Below are positions 23,385 through 45,248 of a DNA stretch of 60,000 bases, in pieces. Every line of letters begins with the position of its first letter. Position 1 is the first letter of the stretch. This stretch comes from Lama guanicoe (Eukaryota): assembly GCA_013239625.1 (NCBI GenBank), contig MU053933.1, positions 2,009,026 through 2,069,025 of the forward strand, given 5' to 3'. A program made the translations under genes and the position numbers. Below the pieces are notes generated by a model. It was not told the DNA's origin. It did no database searches and saw nothing but the letters and a program-made list of their open reading frames with translations.

Positions 23385-25835
23385 ATATGTCATGCAAACG
23401 CTGATCTAAAGAAAGCTGGCATGGCTACATTCATATCAGATAAAGTTGACATCAAAGCAAAGAAAATGACCAGAGCTTTGACAACTGACCCTTTATCATC
23501 ATATGATAAAACAGTCAACCCACCAAAAAGACATACAAGCCTAGATGTGTAAATGCAACGAACAACAGAGCAGCAAAACATGTGAAGCAAAACTAATAGA
23601 ACCTGAAGGAGAAAGAGACGACATCCCGCTCTCAGCCCGCGATGGGGCAACTGGACAAACGGAGAGAAACTCAGCACCACCATCGGCCAGCAGGATCTAA
23701 CCACATTTATAGAACCCTTCACCCCAGACAGCAGGACACACATTCTTTTCAAGCGTCCACAGAAATACATTGAGCTAGACCGCCTCCTAGGCCATGGAGC
23801 AAGCCTCAACAGAGTTAGAAGAATTGGAACCATAAAACGTGTGCTCTCTGATCACGTGGAATCAAACTAGAAATTAATCCAGAGATGACAGAAAAGTCTC
23901 CAAATGCTTGGAAACTAAACATCACACTTAAAGTCCACGAATCAAAGAGAGAGTCTCAAAAAGCACATTGACGAATGAAAACACAACCTATGAAAGCTTG
24001 TGGGATGCAGCTAAGTCAGTGCTGGGAGAGAGCAGCTCATAGCACAGAAGGCGGACATTAGAAAAGAGGGCGGCACGCTATGCCCGCACCTCAAGGACTG
24101 CAAAGAAGAGCGAAGCAAAGCCAGAGCAAGCAGGAGCGGAAGACAGGGAAGGTGCGCAGGGAAAAAGAGCCGAAAATGGAAAAACAACGCGGAAACCAAT
24201 GAAACAGCGAGCTGGTTCTCTGAGAAAAACATTAAAAATCAGTAAACTGTCTAGTAAGAGCGACCAAAAAAGGAGAGCGAGAAGACACAAATTCTTAATA
24301 TCAAAACGGACACAGGAGATGTCCTATCGGCATCAAAAGGAAAATGAGGGAATAGTATGAACAACTCTACACTCATAAATGTGACAACTTTGACGAAATG
24401 AACAATTCCTAAAAAAATACTAACTGCCACAACTAACCTGATATAGAATAAATAATTAGAATAGCCTGTAACTATTAAGGAATTTGAGTTTTTAATTTAA
24501 AAACTGCCCTCCCCTGGCCCCCCAAAAATCTCCAGGGCCAGATGGTTTCACTGAGGTTTCTACCAAATGTTTTAAAAAGAAATAAAACTAATTCTACACA
24601 ACCTCTTCCAGCAAATAAAAGAAGATGGAATACGCCCTGATTCATTGTATGAAGTTAACAGCACTGTGATACCAAAACCAGACATACAGTCAGAAAAAAA
24701 ACCTATAGGAGAAACAGACAAATGCATAATACAATTGGAGATTTCAGCATCCCTCTCGTGAATATAAATGCAAAAACCCTTAACAAAATATTAGAAAATC
24801 AGATTCAACAATGTATACCATGACCAAGAGGAATTTATTCCAGGGATGCAAGGCTGGTTCAATATTTTAAAAAAATCAATCCATGTAATCTGCCATATTA
24901 ACAGGTTAATGAAGAAAAATCATGTGATCATATCAATCAATGTCAAAAAAGCATTCAACAAAGTTCAATACCCATTCATGATAAAAACTCTCATGAACGT
25001 CGGCATAGAGAGAACTTCTTAAATGAAGAGCATCTACCAAAAGCCTACAGCTTTCTCTCTAAGATCAGGAACAAGGCAAGGACATTCACTTTCATCATTT
25101 CTGTTCAACATAGTGCTGGGCGTTCTAGCCTGTGCAATAAGGCAAGAAAAGGGAATAAAAGGCATACGGATTGGGAAGGAAGAAGTCAAACTGTTCCTAT
25201 TTACAGGGGACGTGATTGTAGAGAATCTCGGATTCCGTAACAAAACAAAACAAAGTGAGAACACCCCTAGAACAAATAAAATGAATTCAGCAAGGTTGTG
25301 GGACATATGATGTACGTGTGAAAAGTCATCTGTAATTCTAAGTACTAACGATGAGTATGTGGACACCAAAATTTAAGTTAAAAAGCACAAAACTTACACC
25401 TGCTCAGAAAAACTCAACACTTAAGCGTGAGTCTAACAAAACATATGTAGGACTTGTGTGCTGAAACTACAAAACACTGATGAAAGAAATCACTGAGGTT
25501 CTGAATAAGTGGAGGAGCATGCAAACATGGCTTGGAAGACTCAGCATAATAAAGATGCCAATTTCCCCCAAACGGTCATTTCTATCCACATCCTAGCAAG
25601 AATTCCTATAGACAGAGACAAGATTATTCTGAAATTTATATGGAAAAATCAAAGGAGCTAGAATAGTTAAAACAATTTTGAAAAAAGAATAAAATGGGAG
25701 AAACTGGTCTACTGGGTTTAAAGATTTATTATTCAGTTACAGTAGTTAACTGAGGTGGATGGATGGACAGACAGAGATTAACGGAATGGAATAGAGAACC
25801 CACAAATAGATTACAGAAATATGCTCAATTGATTG
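23385..25835 (+). mobile_element. Degenerate LINE-1 ORF2 (endonuclease to RT region)
   Basis: Remnant peptide SIYQKPTA...[50 protein letters not shown]; many stops and frameshifts. Confidence 0.9.
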
Positions 25836-25844
25836 TTTTCACTA

Positions 25845-26585
25845 ATTAATTTAAATTGTGGTAAAATACACACAACATAAAAATGATCATTTTAACCATT
25901 TGGAAGTTTAAATTTCAGGAGTAATTAGTGCATCACAATGTTGTACATCCATCACCACTGTCTGTTTTTAGAACTTTTTCAGCACTCCAAAAGGAAACCC
26001 CATACTCATTAAGTATGCACGCCCCCTTCCGCTTCCCCCACGTCCCAGAAATCTGCTTTCTGTCTCTAAGGCTCTGCCTATTGCGGGTACTTCACGTAAA
26101 TAAAATCACACACTAAAGGCCTTTTCCGTCTGGCTTACCTCACTTGGTGTCGCGTTTTCCGGGCTCATGCACGTTGTTGCATGATGGACCTCACTTCATC
26201 CATTCTTCTGTCGAGGGACATCGGGCTGTTCCCACCCTTTGGCTGCTGTGAATAGCGCTGCCATAAACATTCGTGCACCACTTCTTGTTTGAGTACCTGT
26301 CTTCAGTTCCTCTGGGTGCACACCTGGGAGTGGCATTGCTGGGTCACACGGAAACTGCGTTTACCTCACTGAGGAGACGCCAAGCGTTCTCCCAGCGCGG
26401 CTGCGCCACTTTACACCAGTCCCACCACCAGAGCGTGAGGGTCCCCGCTTCCCTGCATCTCCGCTGAGCTGACGCTTGTCATTGCCTGCGTTTTGCTAAT
26501 AGCCGTCCTAGTGGGTGCGAAGTGGTACCTCACTTGCTGATATTTGGCATTTTCCTAATGATTAATGATGTTGAGCATCTTTTCT
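25845..26585 (-). mobile_element. LINE-1 3' end (L1MB-like), antisense
   Basis: ttgtggtaaaatacacacaacataaaa...gctgctgtgaatagcgctgccataaacattcgtg...aatgattaatgatgttgagcatcttttc. Confidence 0.85.
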
Positions 26586-27089
26586 TGGGGAAACTGCGGT
26601 CTGGAGAGGGTCACACACCCAGCTGGAGGACAAGAGGGTGCTAAAGTCCTGGTAGAGAGTCACTGAGAGACACCCGCTCCGAGCCCCACCCCCGGGATGT
26701 CCTCAGGGGCAGGCCCAGAGCCTCTCCTGCCCTGCTCCTCCAGCTGAGGCCTGGGCTGGCGATCTGAGGCCCCTGAGGTCATCCTGGCTCAGGACTCCCG
26801 ACCCCTGGGAACCCAGCCCCTTCAGGGGAGCCACACAGACTGAAGCCAAAGGGGAATATTTCAGTGTCCACGCTTCCTTGAGGGGTCAGGAGCCAGCAGC
26901 CAAGGGGCAGGGCCCCTCCAGCCCTCACCCTGCCACTGCAGCCTCCCCCCTCCCCACCTCGGAGCACTTCCCACAGAAAGCACTTCCTCCTCCTTCTAAG
27001 CTGGTGATGCTTGCCGCAACCTGGGCACCAAGGGGTGTCCCAAGTGCTGAGATCTTGGACCTGGGCACCATTCATCCAAGGCCATTTTC

Positions 27090-27230
27090 TAGCTTTGTGA
27101 CTTTGGTCAAGCTCCTTAATCTCTTTGTGCCTTAGTCTCCCCATCTGTAGATTGGGGGTGATAGTAATGCTGACCCAACAGGGCAGTTCTGAGATTAAGT
27201 GAGTGCAGTTGCCAAGTACTCAGAACAGGG
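27090..27230. mobile_element. MIR SINE fragment
   Basis: tgtgactttggtcaagctccttaatctctttgtgccttagtctccccatctgtag MIR core. Confidence 0.75.
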
Positions 27231-27479
27231 CCTGGTGCGTGGTGGGGTCTGGTATGTAAATCCACCACGCAGCAGGAAGGGCTACTCGCAGGTGAAGACA
27301 GAGGCTCTGAGATGGCACTGCCAAGGGGCAGGCAAGTTGCTGCCCCGGTGCTTAGAGGAGCAGTTCAGGCTCAAGCCCCCCGAGGCAGTGACCTGGCTGG
27401 AGGCAGCACTGGCCCTCGCCCGGGCCGCTGTGATCGCGGGCCACCTCCACACATCCCCGGCCGCTGCAGGTCGCCTGCA

Positions 27480-27530
27480 GGTAAGGGCTGCCTGGAAACC
27501 CCCAGGGTGATGGAAAGTCCAGAACTCTAC
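27480..27530. promoter_or_regulatory. Paired NF-kB sites, probable ortholog of the AIRE upstream enhancer CNS1/ACNS1
   Basis: GGAAACCCCC (27494-27503) and GGAAAGTCCA (27512-27521), about 1.9 kb upstream of the AIRE ATG. Confidence 0.7.
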
Positions 27531-28664
27531 AGGAGCCCGTTTGCTAATCTCCAAGAAAGAGGCTGAGTGATGTCCGCAGCGGCCAGGCCCGCCTGATGAC
27601 CTGGGGGTTCCTGGGAGGGGATGAGGCTTTAGGAAAGTGAAGTGCAGACTTCCATTTTCTCAGCAGTTGTCACTTCCCTTGAGCAGTTGGCTTGTGGCTA
27701 AGGTGTCCCTCTCCCACCCCTGATGACCACTCAGCCCCCAGGGAGAAAATGCACCGGGTGCAGGGTGGCGCTGGGTGATGCCAAGGGACCCAGGGGCTCT
27801 GGGCCGGCCACCCCGAGGCCAGAAGCACGGCTCCCTGGTCCCCTGGGGGCCTCTGTGTGAACGTGGGGACCTGCTGGCCCAGCGGGTGTCATCAGAGGTG
27901 ACAGGAAGTGACCAGGAGGCTGGGAGCTCCAGAGAACTCAGGAATCCCGCTGGGCGCTGAGTGTAGGGCTGACTTCGGCTCACGCTTTCTTTCACGTCTT
28001 AACAGTAGACACACATGCAGGAGAGAACAGGGAAGGCCGGTTGCAGCTGCTGGGCCCTGGGCTGGGAGAGGACACACGTCTCAGCTGTGAAGGCCCCCTC
28101 CTCCTGATGCGGGAACCCTGCCTTGGTTTCCCCATCTCCAGGCCTGGGCCACTGACGGTTCAGTGCTGAACACTGGGACTGTGGGGAGCAAGCCTGCGGT
28201 GGGGGGTGGGACGTAGAGACATGAGGTCCATTGGCCCCGTGCCCGGCGCAGGGGGCACTGGCGAGGGCTGTGGGGGTTGTTATTTCAGGGACCAGGACCT
28301 GAGCGTGGAGCTCTCTGGCAACTCAGGGTCAGAACAGGCTGGTTCTCTGGTAGAATGTTCTGGGGACGGACACGGGAGCAGGGCCCTGGCACCGCCCACC
28401 TCTGGGGCGCCGGCTGCAGTGTTGAGGGTGGCAGCCGTGGACACGTGGGACTTGGGGACCATTCCTGCCTGTCCTGCCTGCACGTTCCACAGACACCCGG
28501 GGGAGCCTCCCTAGGCTGTGAGCCAGACAAAGACAGAGTCTCCCACAGCGCATACTCAGGCCTGTCTGCCCACGGGGTCAGCCGCCTTCTAGAAGCTTTA
28601 TTTTCTAACACACCTGGAGGAAGTCGAGGGTGGGCTGCTGCTGGAGACTCCCAGTGGAATGTGC

Positions 28665-28725
28665 TCATTTTAAAAATGAGAGGACTGAGGCCCAGAGAAG
28701 GAAAGCAACTGCCCGGCATCACCCA
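28665..28725. mobile_element. MIR SINE fragment
   Basis: cattttaaaaatgagaggactgaggcccagagaagg. Confidence 0.55.
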
Positions 28726-29059
28726 GCCTCCAGGTGACGCTCAGAGCTGAGCCCGCTGACGTGCGCTAGTCCTAGTCCAGGTCCTCCACCAGGCAGGCAC
28801 CCCTCCACCTGACCCCGCCTACAGCCCCCGTCTTGGGACCCCTGAGCAGCTACTGTGGCGGCAGTAGTGTCCCGGCCTCTCGGAGCTGCCCCTCTGGCGC
28901 CTGAGGCCGGGCCCTGGGTGAGGTGAGGGGTGCCTGTCCTGGCTTTTCCCCATTTAAACAAGGCCCTGTGGGATGCGGGCCAGAACCGCATGTAGGGAGC
29001 TGAGTCGGGTCAGGCCCCATTCCAGAAGCTTCTTTACCAAGGAAAGAAAGCCAACAGCC

Positions 29060-38846
<9,787 letters not shown>

Positions 38847-39072
38847 TCAGGGACTCCCAGCCTGCAGGCAGCATGGGAGGGGGAGGCGAAGCCCCAGAGC
38901 AGACCTCACCCTCACGGAGGCAGCGACTCTGCTCTGAAAGGGACAGAAGGGGACGTGCTCCCTCACCTCTGGCAGCTGCCGGGTTAGGACTAGGAACTGA
39001 GTTCAAGTGCTGTTAACTCTCAGCTTGTCAACAGCCCTGTCTTGGCAGCACAAAGCCACCGTGTGCACTGAA

Positions 39073-39078
39073 ATTAAA
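39073..39078 (+). terminator. Probable AIRE polyadenylation signal (ATTAAA)
   Basis: ATTAAA about 230 nt after the stop codon, followed by a GT-rich element (ggggtgtgtttgttctgg). Confidence 0.7.
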
Positions 39079-39319
39079 GTCACTTCTGTGTGCTCTCCAG
39101 TGGGGTGTGTTTGTTCTGGGGGGTGGGTGCCCCTGTGTTTCTGGTCCCTGTCGTGTAGGCTGAACTAGCCGTAACGGGAAGAGAATGCCAAGCAGGAACC
39201 CCTGTGCCCCAGCCTCTGCCCCAGCACAGCCCCGGCTCCATGTGGTCCGGCCCCGCCCTCCTCTGCCACCCACCACGTGCTCCCACCTCCTCTGTTACTC
39301 AAAGGGCCAAGCCCATCCA

Positions 39320-39450
39320 CACCTCTGGGCCTTTGCACAGGCTGTTCCCTCTGCTCAGAGTTCCCTACACCCTGTGCTTCGCACATCTATTTTCTCATCC
39401 GTGAGATCTCAGTTCCAGTGCCACCTGCTCAGTCATTTATTCAAGAAACC
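39320..39450. mobile_element. L2 LINE fragment
   Basis: gggcctttgcacaggctgttccctctgc, a typical L2 motif. Confidence 0.55.
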
Positions 39451-41199
39451 TTTACTGTGGCTCTTCTAAGTGCTGAGCCTTGGGGTCCCAGAAGGACATT
39501 CCAGTGACAGATCACTCACCAAAGGAGGGTGTCCACAGACAAAAACAGGAAACAGGATGGGGTCAGGTGACGGGGGCACGGGGGCTGGCCGTGGACGGCC
39601 CTGTGCTTATCCTTCTCTGCCCGCCACGGGAGACAGCCCATCAGAACTGATTTCTTTCCTCACAGTGTCTGTCCCCCTGAGAACGGCCACCAGGGGGCCT
39701 GGCGCCCTGTCCAGTCCTTGGCTGAGCTCCCAGGGCCTGGTCCAGCTGCTGGGTCAGTGTTGGTGGAGAGATGGCTGGGCTGTCGTAGCCCCCCACCTGC
39801 AGGGACCCCATGGTAGAACACCCTGCCGGGTGGGGTCGGAGCCCTGGGGAGGGTGGGGAGTGGCCACTGGCCCCGCTGTGTGGGGGCCCCAGCTCGGGAC
39901 TCAGAGCCCTCAGGTTCCCAGGCTTTACTGGCTCGTTCAGCCCCTCTGGAGACCCTCTGTGCTCAGCACATGTGAGGCAGCCCCTTGGGAGGGGCTGACC
40001 AACGCCCTCCGGTGGGGCGTAAGTGCCTCAGGCCACCAGGTCTAGCGTTTGTTCAGACAGGGACCCACTGATGAGGACATGCCTGTCACATGAGCGAGCA
40101 GGCAGCTCTCCCATGCCCGGCTGGGCCAGGCGGGCAGCAGGGGGACAGATGGCAGTGGACAGCAGTGCCAGGAGGGACGCAGCAAGCATGGATGCGTGCA
40201 GAGCGGCCCAGCTTGGAGGCTGGATCGTGTTTGTGGATAAGGAAGGATCCAAAGGTGGGGAGACCAGAGACAAGGATTGGGAAGGAGCACCCCAAGCTGG
40301 GCCCGCTGGGGCGGGGTGGGGGGTGATGGAGCAGGAGTCAGGGGACGGATGCCCGCTGACTCACAGCGGGGAGCCGTCTCTTCCCCACGGATCCTGGCTG
40401 CTGTCTCAGCCCCGCCCCCCCCATAGGATGACGCAGGACTGGATGAAATTTGCAGAAGCCGGTGGGGGAAACGTGGTGGAGGGTGACCTAAGGGGTGACA
40501 TAGTGGCGGTGACATGGTGGGGACCATGGCAGTGGTGGGAGATTTGTTGGGGAGCTGGCCCAGGTGAACTCAGATGTCACAGACACCCTGCCCATCGTTG
40601 TCCATGGCCTGCTCTCAGCCACTGCAGCCTTGGCACCACTGGGTCTCGCCTTGGGTTCCCGGGGATCTGGAGACCCCTGCCTCATCAGAACCCCTCTACA
40701 GACAGAGGCCCTCCCACAGAGGCCCTCCCCTGGGGCTCAGTGCTCCCACTGGTGGCCCAGTGGCTTCCAGTGCACCCCGTGTCACTCCTCACATTCAGGA
40801 AACGTCACTCAGGAGCAGTCCTGAGTCCCGTCCGTGGTCTGTGGTGTGCGTGGAGGGATGGAGGAGGCTGGGGAGGGGCCGTGTGCCTGCATCCTGGGTC
40901 CTTCACTACCTGCCGCAGCCTGAGCTTGTCGGCACTGAGTTCATCCTGTGCTCTAAGCACAGTGGGTGATGGACCTGCTGTCCTGCAGCCCCTGGGCTTC
41001 TCTTTGCTTCTCGGGAGCTGACCGTCCATCAGCTGCTCCTGTCCGTCTTTTTGTGGGGTTAGAAGTTGGTCTTGCTGGTCCAGCACCAGATCAACGTCTG
41101 GCTACGTAACACCCTGAAGCATTTGTTCGCCTAGCAAGGGCATCAGCCAAGGGTTACATTTGTACATCCCGTCTGCAAAGCACGCAGAACCCACCGGAT

Positions 41200-41515
41200 T
41201 CGTTTCCTGGGCGCTGTGACAAAGTGCCACAGATCAGGCGGCTCAAAGGACAGACACATCTTCTCCTAGTCCTGGAGGCTGAAGCCCGAGGCCCAGGTGC
41301 CGCAGGGCTGGTTTCTTTGGAGGCCTCTCTCCTGGGTGTGCAGATGGCCGTCTTCTCCTGTGTCCCCACATGGTCGTCCCTCTGTGCATGTCTGTGTCCT
41401 AATCTCTTCTCATAGGGGCACCAGTGCTCACCCTAAAAACCCCACTTACCTTAATCACCTCTGTGAGACCTTCTCCAGCTAGGGCTTCAAGTGTGAATCT
41501 TGCGGGGGTGGAGAC
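41200..41515. mobile_element. MaLR MLT1-like LTR
   Basis: gtcctggaggctgaagcccgagg...ggtttctttggaggcctctctcctgggtgtgcagatggccgtcttctcc...tctgtgtcctaatctcttct. Confidence 0.8.
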
Positions 41516-42590
41516 ACCGACTCTCTCCTTGACCACACTCAAGTCAGCCTCCTCTGAGTCTGCCTGACCTTGGCCTCTGCCCTTGGTTTTTAGTCAGTTT
41601 TAGCCAAAATCCTGCCAAGTCAGTTTAGGGGAAGCCCCCGGCCTTGGAACCCACCCACTCTCCGTAGCTGATCAGTTTCTCACCTCCACCTGGCTAGCCG
41701 GGCCCCCGGCCCGCCCTCCAGAGGAGTCCCAGGATCCCCTAGCCTCGCTGTTTGCATTTAGTAGTTTCCGTCCACCGGCTCCCTCTTGCTCTTTGGCCAT
41801 AAATCCCTGCTTTCCCTGTTGTGGTCAGAATTGAGCCGGACTCCTTGCCCCCACTGCAAACCTCATCGCCGTGGTCCCCCTTGAATAAAGTTCCTTACCA
41901 TGGCAGCAAGTGTTGTGAATACCTTGTTCCTGAGCAGGAACAGGATTTGGCCAACCAATAACACCAACCTCACGCTTTTCATCCACTGGAGGCTGGCAAA
42001 GGCCTCACTGACCCGCACGGACTCTACCATGTATCACTACAACATACACCTATCTTGTCACCCCCTGGGCTCGTGTTTATCCTTCTTATTGTCCGGAGAA
42101 CAGCCCAGTCTGTGGGATTAGCTCCCAAAATGTTCCTGAGGCACTGAGCGTGCAGTTCACTTTCAGAGCTGTACCCACTAATGCTCCAGCTCCAACCGGC
42201 CTGGGTCACCCCTGAATCCTTTCCTGCGTGAAGCCAAGGACCCACACTTTGCCGGGCATAGTCCCGGGACACGGCCCTCCTCGTGCCGCACCAACCTCGG
42301 CACCTGCTGTTCACTTGTACCCTTTGTAGGTCAGCCGCTTCCCTGCGTTCTGGGAGCCGTTCTAGCAAGTTATCAAACCCAAGGAAGTGTGGGTGACCTG
42401 GGGACCTGTCACTTGCAAATGGCCTCTGAAGTGGGGCCGGTCTTGGGAGACCGAGCCCTTAACCTGTGGGATCTCTGCTGACTGGCCAGGGAATTAGTGT
42501 CAGAATTGAATTCAATCACTGGACAACGAGTTGGTGTCAGAGAATTGGTTGGTGTGGGGAGAAACCACACATAGTTGATGTCAGAAAGCA
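41516..42590. mobile_element. Cluster of ERV LTR fragments (MER39-like about 41520-41915; ERV1-like about 41940-42300; MER21-like about 42320-42590)
   Basis: gactctctccttgacca...ttgaataaagttccttacc; gtgaagccaaggacc shared with the 18.3-18.9 kb LTR; gagcccttaacctgtgggatct...tagtgtcagaattgaatt. Family names are from memory. Confidence 0.65.
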
Positions 42591-42799
42591 TGAGACATTT
42601 TCTGGGCAGAGATGTTGGGCATTTGATCTCCTCCTGAGAGCCAGAGGGCATCCTGGGTTTGCTTAGCAGCAGGGAAGACAGACCAGCCCTCTCCCCACCA
42701 TATGCCCGCCTAACACCTGGGACCTGCCCGCACCGCTGCCCTGCTGACCCAGCGTGTTCTCAGGACTCGGGCAGGCATCACCCATGCCCTCCCCAGAGG

Positions 42800-43575
42800 G
42801 CCTGTGGTGGTTTTAAAACATGTCAACACATTCTTTGATACTCATCTTTCCAAGAGGTGGAGACTTATTCCTCTCCCCTTGAACATGGGCTGAACTTAGT
42901 AACTTGCTTCTAAATAATGTGCTGGAGTGGGAAGGGATAAATCAGGAATTTGAAATTTGCAGCTCTTGGGGAGTGATGGAAACATTCGCTACCTTGATTG
43001 TGGTCGTGGTTTCATGGGTGTGGACATCTATCAAAATTCATCAAATTGTACATCTGAAATATGTGGAGTTTACTGTAGAGGAACCACACCAGAATAAAGA
43101 GGTTAAAAACATTCTTAGCAAGAAAAAAAAGAGGCTAGTATATAACATAAATCCTCCTTTCCAATTTTCAGACTTGTAATCTCTTTTTCTTCTTTGTGCT
43201 GATTAATATCAAGTAAAAACGGCTCTACCAGGAAAAAAAGAACGTGCTGGAAGTGCTGGGCATGACCCCGAGAGTAGGTCGTAAAAAGCGCTGTGGCTTC
43301 CCTTTGGATAGCTCGCTTCGGGGAAGCCGGCCTCCACATTGTAAGGTCACTCAAGCAGTCTTGTGGCAAGGCCCATGTGGAGAGCAACTGAGGCCTCCTG
43401 CCACCGGCCACCTGAGGGCCATCTAGGAAGCAACCGGTCCAGCCCCAGGGGGCCTTCCGATGATGCAGCCTCCTGAGGTCCAGAGCCACTCCCACAGCCC
43501 TGGCCCTCAGAGGCTCTGAGATAATAAATGTCTGTCGTGGTTGCCGGCCTGTAAGTCTTGGGGAACTTGGTCCCA
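42800..43575. mobile_element. MLT1-like LTR interrupted by an L1 3'-end fragment (about 42930-43130)
   Basis: attcctctccccttgaacatgggctgaacttagtaacttgcttcta ... ggcccatgtggagagcaactgaggcctcctgcca ... tgagataataaatg; the inner piece tcaaaattcatcaaattgtacat ends in an A tail. Confidence 0.7.
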
Positions 43576-45163
43576 CAGCAGTAGGTACCTGGTACTGTCA
43601 GCTCCCAGGGAAACGGGCCAGACTGTGGCCCAGAGACCCTGCCACTTCTCCAGGACCTCTGCCCCACAGTGGTGTCTCATCCACGCTCTTTATCCGGATG
43701 TAGTGCTTGTCAAGTTCTCGCTGAAGTCTCCTTACAGAGAAGAGCGGGCTATGCTCACACTCACCATCTCCTGGACCCTTTCTGCCCCCCTTACCAGTCC
43801 CACTCCTCCACTATTTATAGATTATTTCATGCAGTTTCTTGGAATTTTTAAAAAAAGACAATTTAAAAAATGGCTCCTGTGCTCTTTATTATTTGTTATT
43901 GTCATTGTTTCTGTTGTTATTTGTGACAAGAACACTTACCATAAGGCCTACCCTCTTGGCCAGGTTTTAAGTGTACACGACAGAATCATTAAGCAGGCAC
44001 TGGGCTGGACACTGAGCTCGGGGACGCACTCATTCTGCAGAACTGACACTTCCCTCCGTTGACTAACACCCCCCCACTTCCCCGTCCCCAACAATGGAAT
44101 ATTTTCAGTAAACTTTGTATTAAAGCATAAATACAAAGAAAACCACACAAATCACAGGCGATCAGCTCGCTGAATTTTCACAAAGCAAACACCTGGCTCA
44201 GCACTCAGCTCAGGAAACAGAATGTTACCCCTCCCCCCAGCCCCCTACTGGGGCTCCTGGGACCTGCCCACTGCTAGCCCAGGATAGAGGCCTTTCCTTG
44301 GAAACCCCAGTTTGGCAACCAGGCTTTCTGAGGGCTGGGGTCAAGTCTGTTCTGGTGACGGGCTGGGTGTCCCCCCCACCCCCTGCTAGAGGGCCTGGAT
44401 CGGGGCGGGGGGGCTCCAACCCTCCGAGTGACTGATCCGCTGACCATCCGACGTAGAGCCCACACTGTCCGGACCCAGGTCCCCACCCACCTCGCTGCCC
44501 CGTGTGCACGTTTTCCACGGGTCCAGCAAGTACTTACTGCAGTAACGTATAAATGAAAGAACGAAGCCTCGCAGGGCTTCCTTTTAATTCCTTTCGCATC
44601 TTAATCGTCCACCGCTCTCCGTCGGCCCTCGGTTAAAGCTTGAGGGCGGTGGCTGGGGGGCCCTGAGTGGGTAGGGCTCCTGTGGCTCCAGCAAAGAACA
44701 AAGTTAAAATAGACCGGCGCCTAGAATGACAAATTCCTGCGAGACGCGGGGCAGGCGGCGGTGCGCAAAGGGTCGCGTCCGGCCCCCTCCCCGGGCCGTC
44801 CCTCCGGTCTGGTTGACACTCACTGGCTCTGCCGCCGGTTGTGACGAGCAGGCCTGGACGGCTGGGCTGCGCACGCTCCACGAACGCGGTCCTGGATCAG
44901 ACCGAACAGGTCTAGAAACTTGAACTAAAATGCTGGCGCAGTGGGCCCGAGGCCCAGGTGCGGCCGCCGCGGACGGCCAGGTGGTGGGTGCGCGCCCCGG
45001 ACCCCGGGTCAGCCACGCGGGCGCGCCGGCCCCACCCCGCGCCCCGCCCTCGTGGCCAGCGGTGACCTCACCCGGCGCCGGGGCGGAGCGCAGGGCGCGG
45101 GGCGGGACCGGCGACAGCGGCGGCTCGGGGCGGCAGAGCGAGCGCGGCCGAGTCGGCGCCGCC

Positions 45164-45248
45164 ATGGCCACCGTGGATCTGGAGAAGCTGCGGATGTCCG
45201 GGGCCGGCAAGGCCATCGGCGTGCTGACCAGCGGCGGCGATGCGCAAG
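45164..45248 (+). CDS. PFKL: PFKL exon 1
   Basis: [28 protein letters not shown], 85 bp. Confidence 0.97.

Noticed and set aside
25023..25310. Reverse-transcriptase-like ORF
   Set aside because: Fragment of a decayed L1 ORF2 surrounded by stops and frameshifts.
28885..28902. Possible CTCF motifs (also about 9220 and 51130)
   Set aside because: Each has several mismatches to the core consensus; such partial matches are expected by chance in GC-rich DNA.
40023..41021. 332-aa ORF downstream of AIRE
   Set aside because: Begins at a GTG codon, has no recognisable homology, and no gene is known between AIRE and PFKL in mammals. BLASTP or PhyloCSF would settle it.
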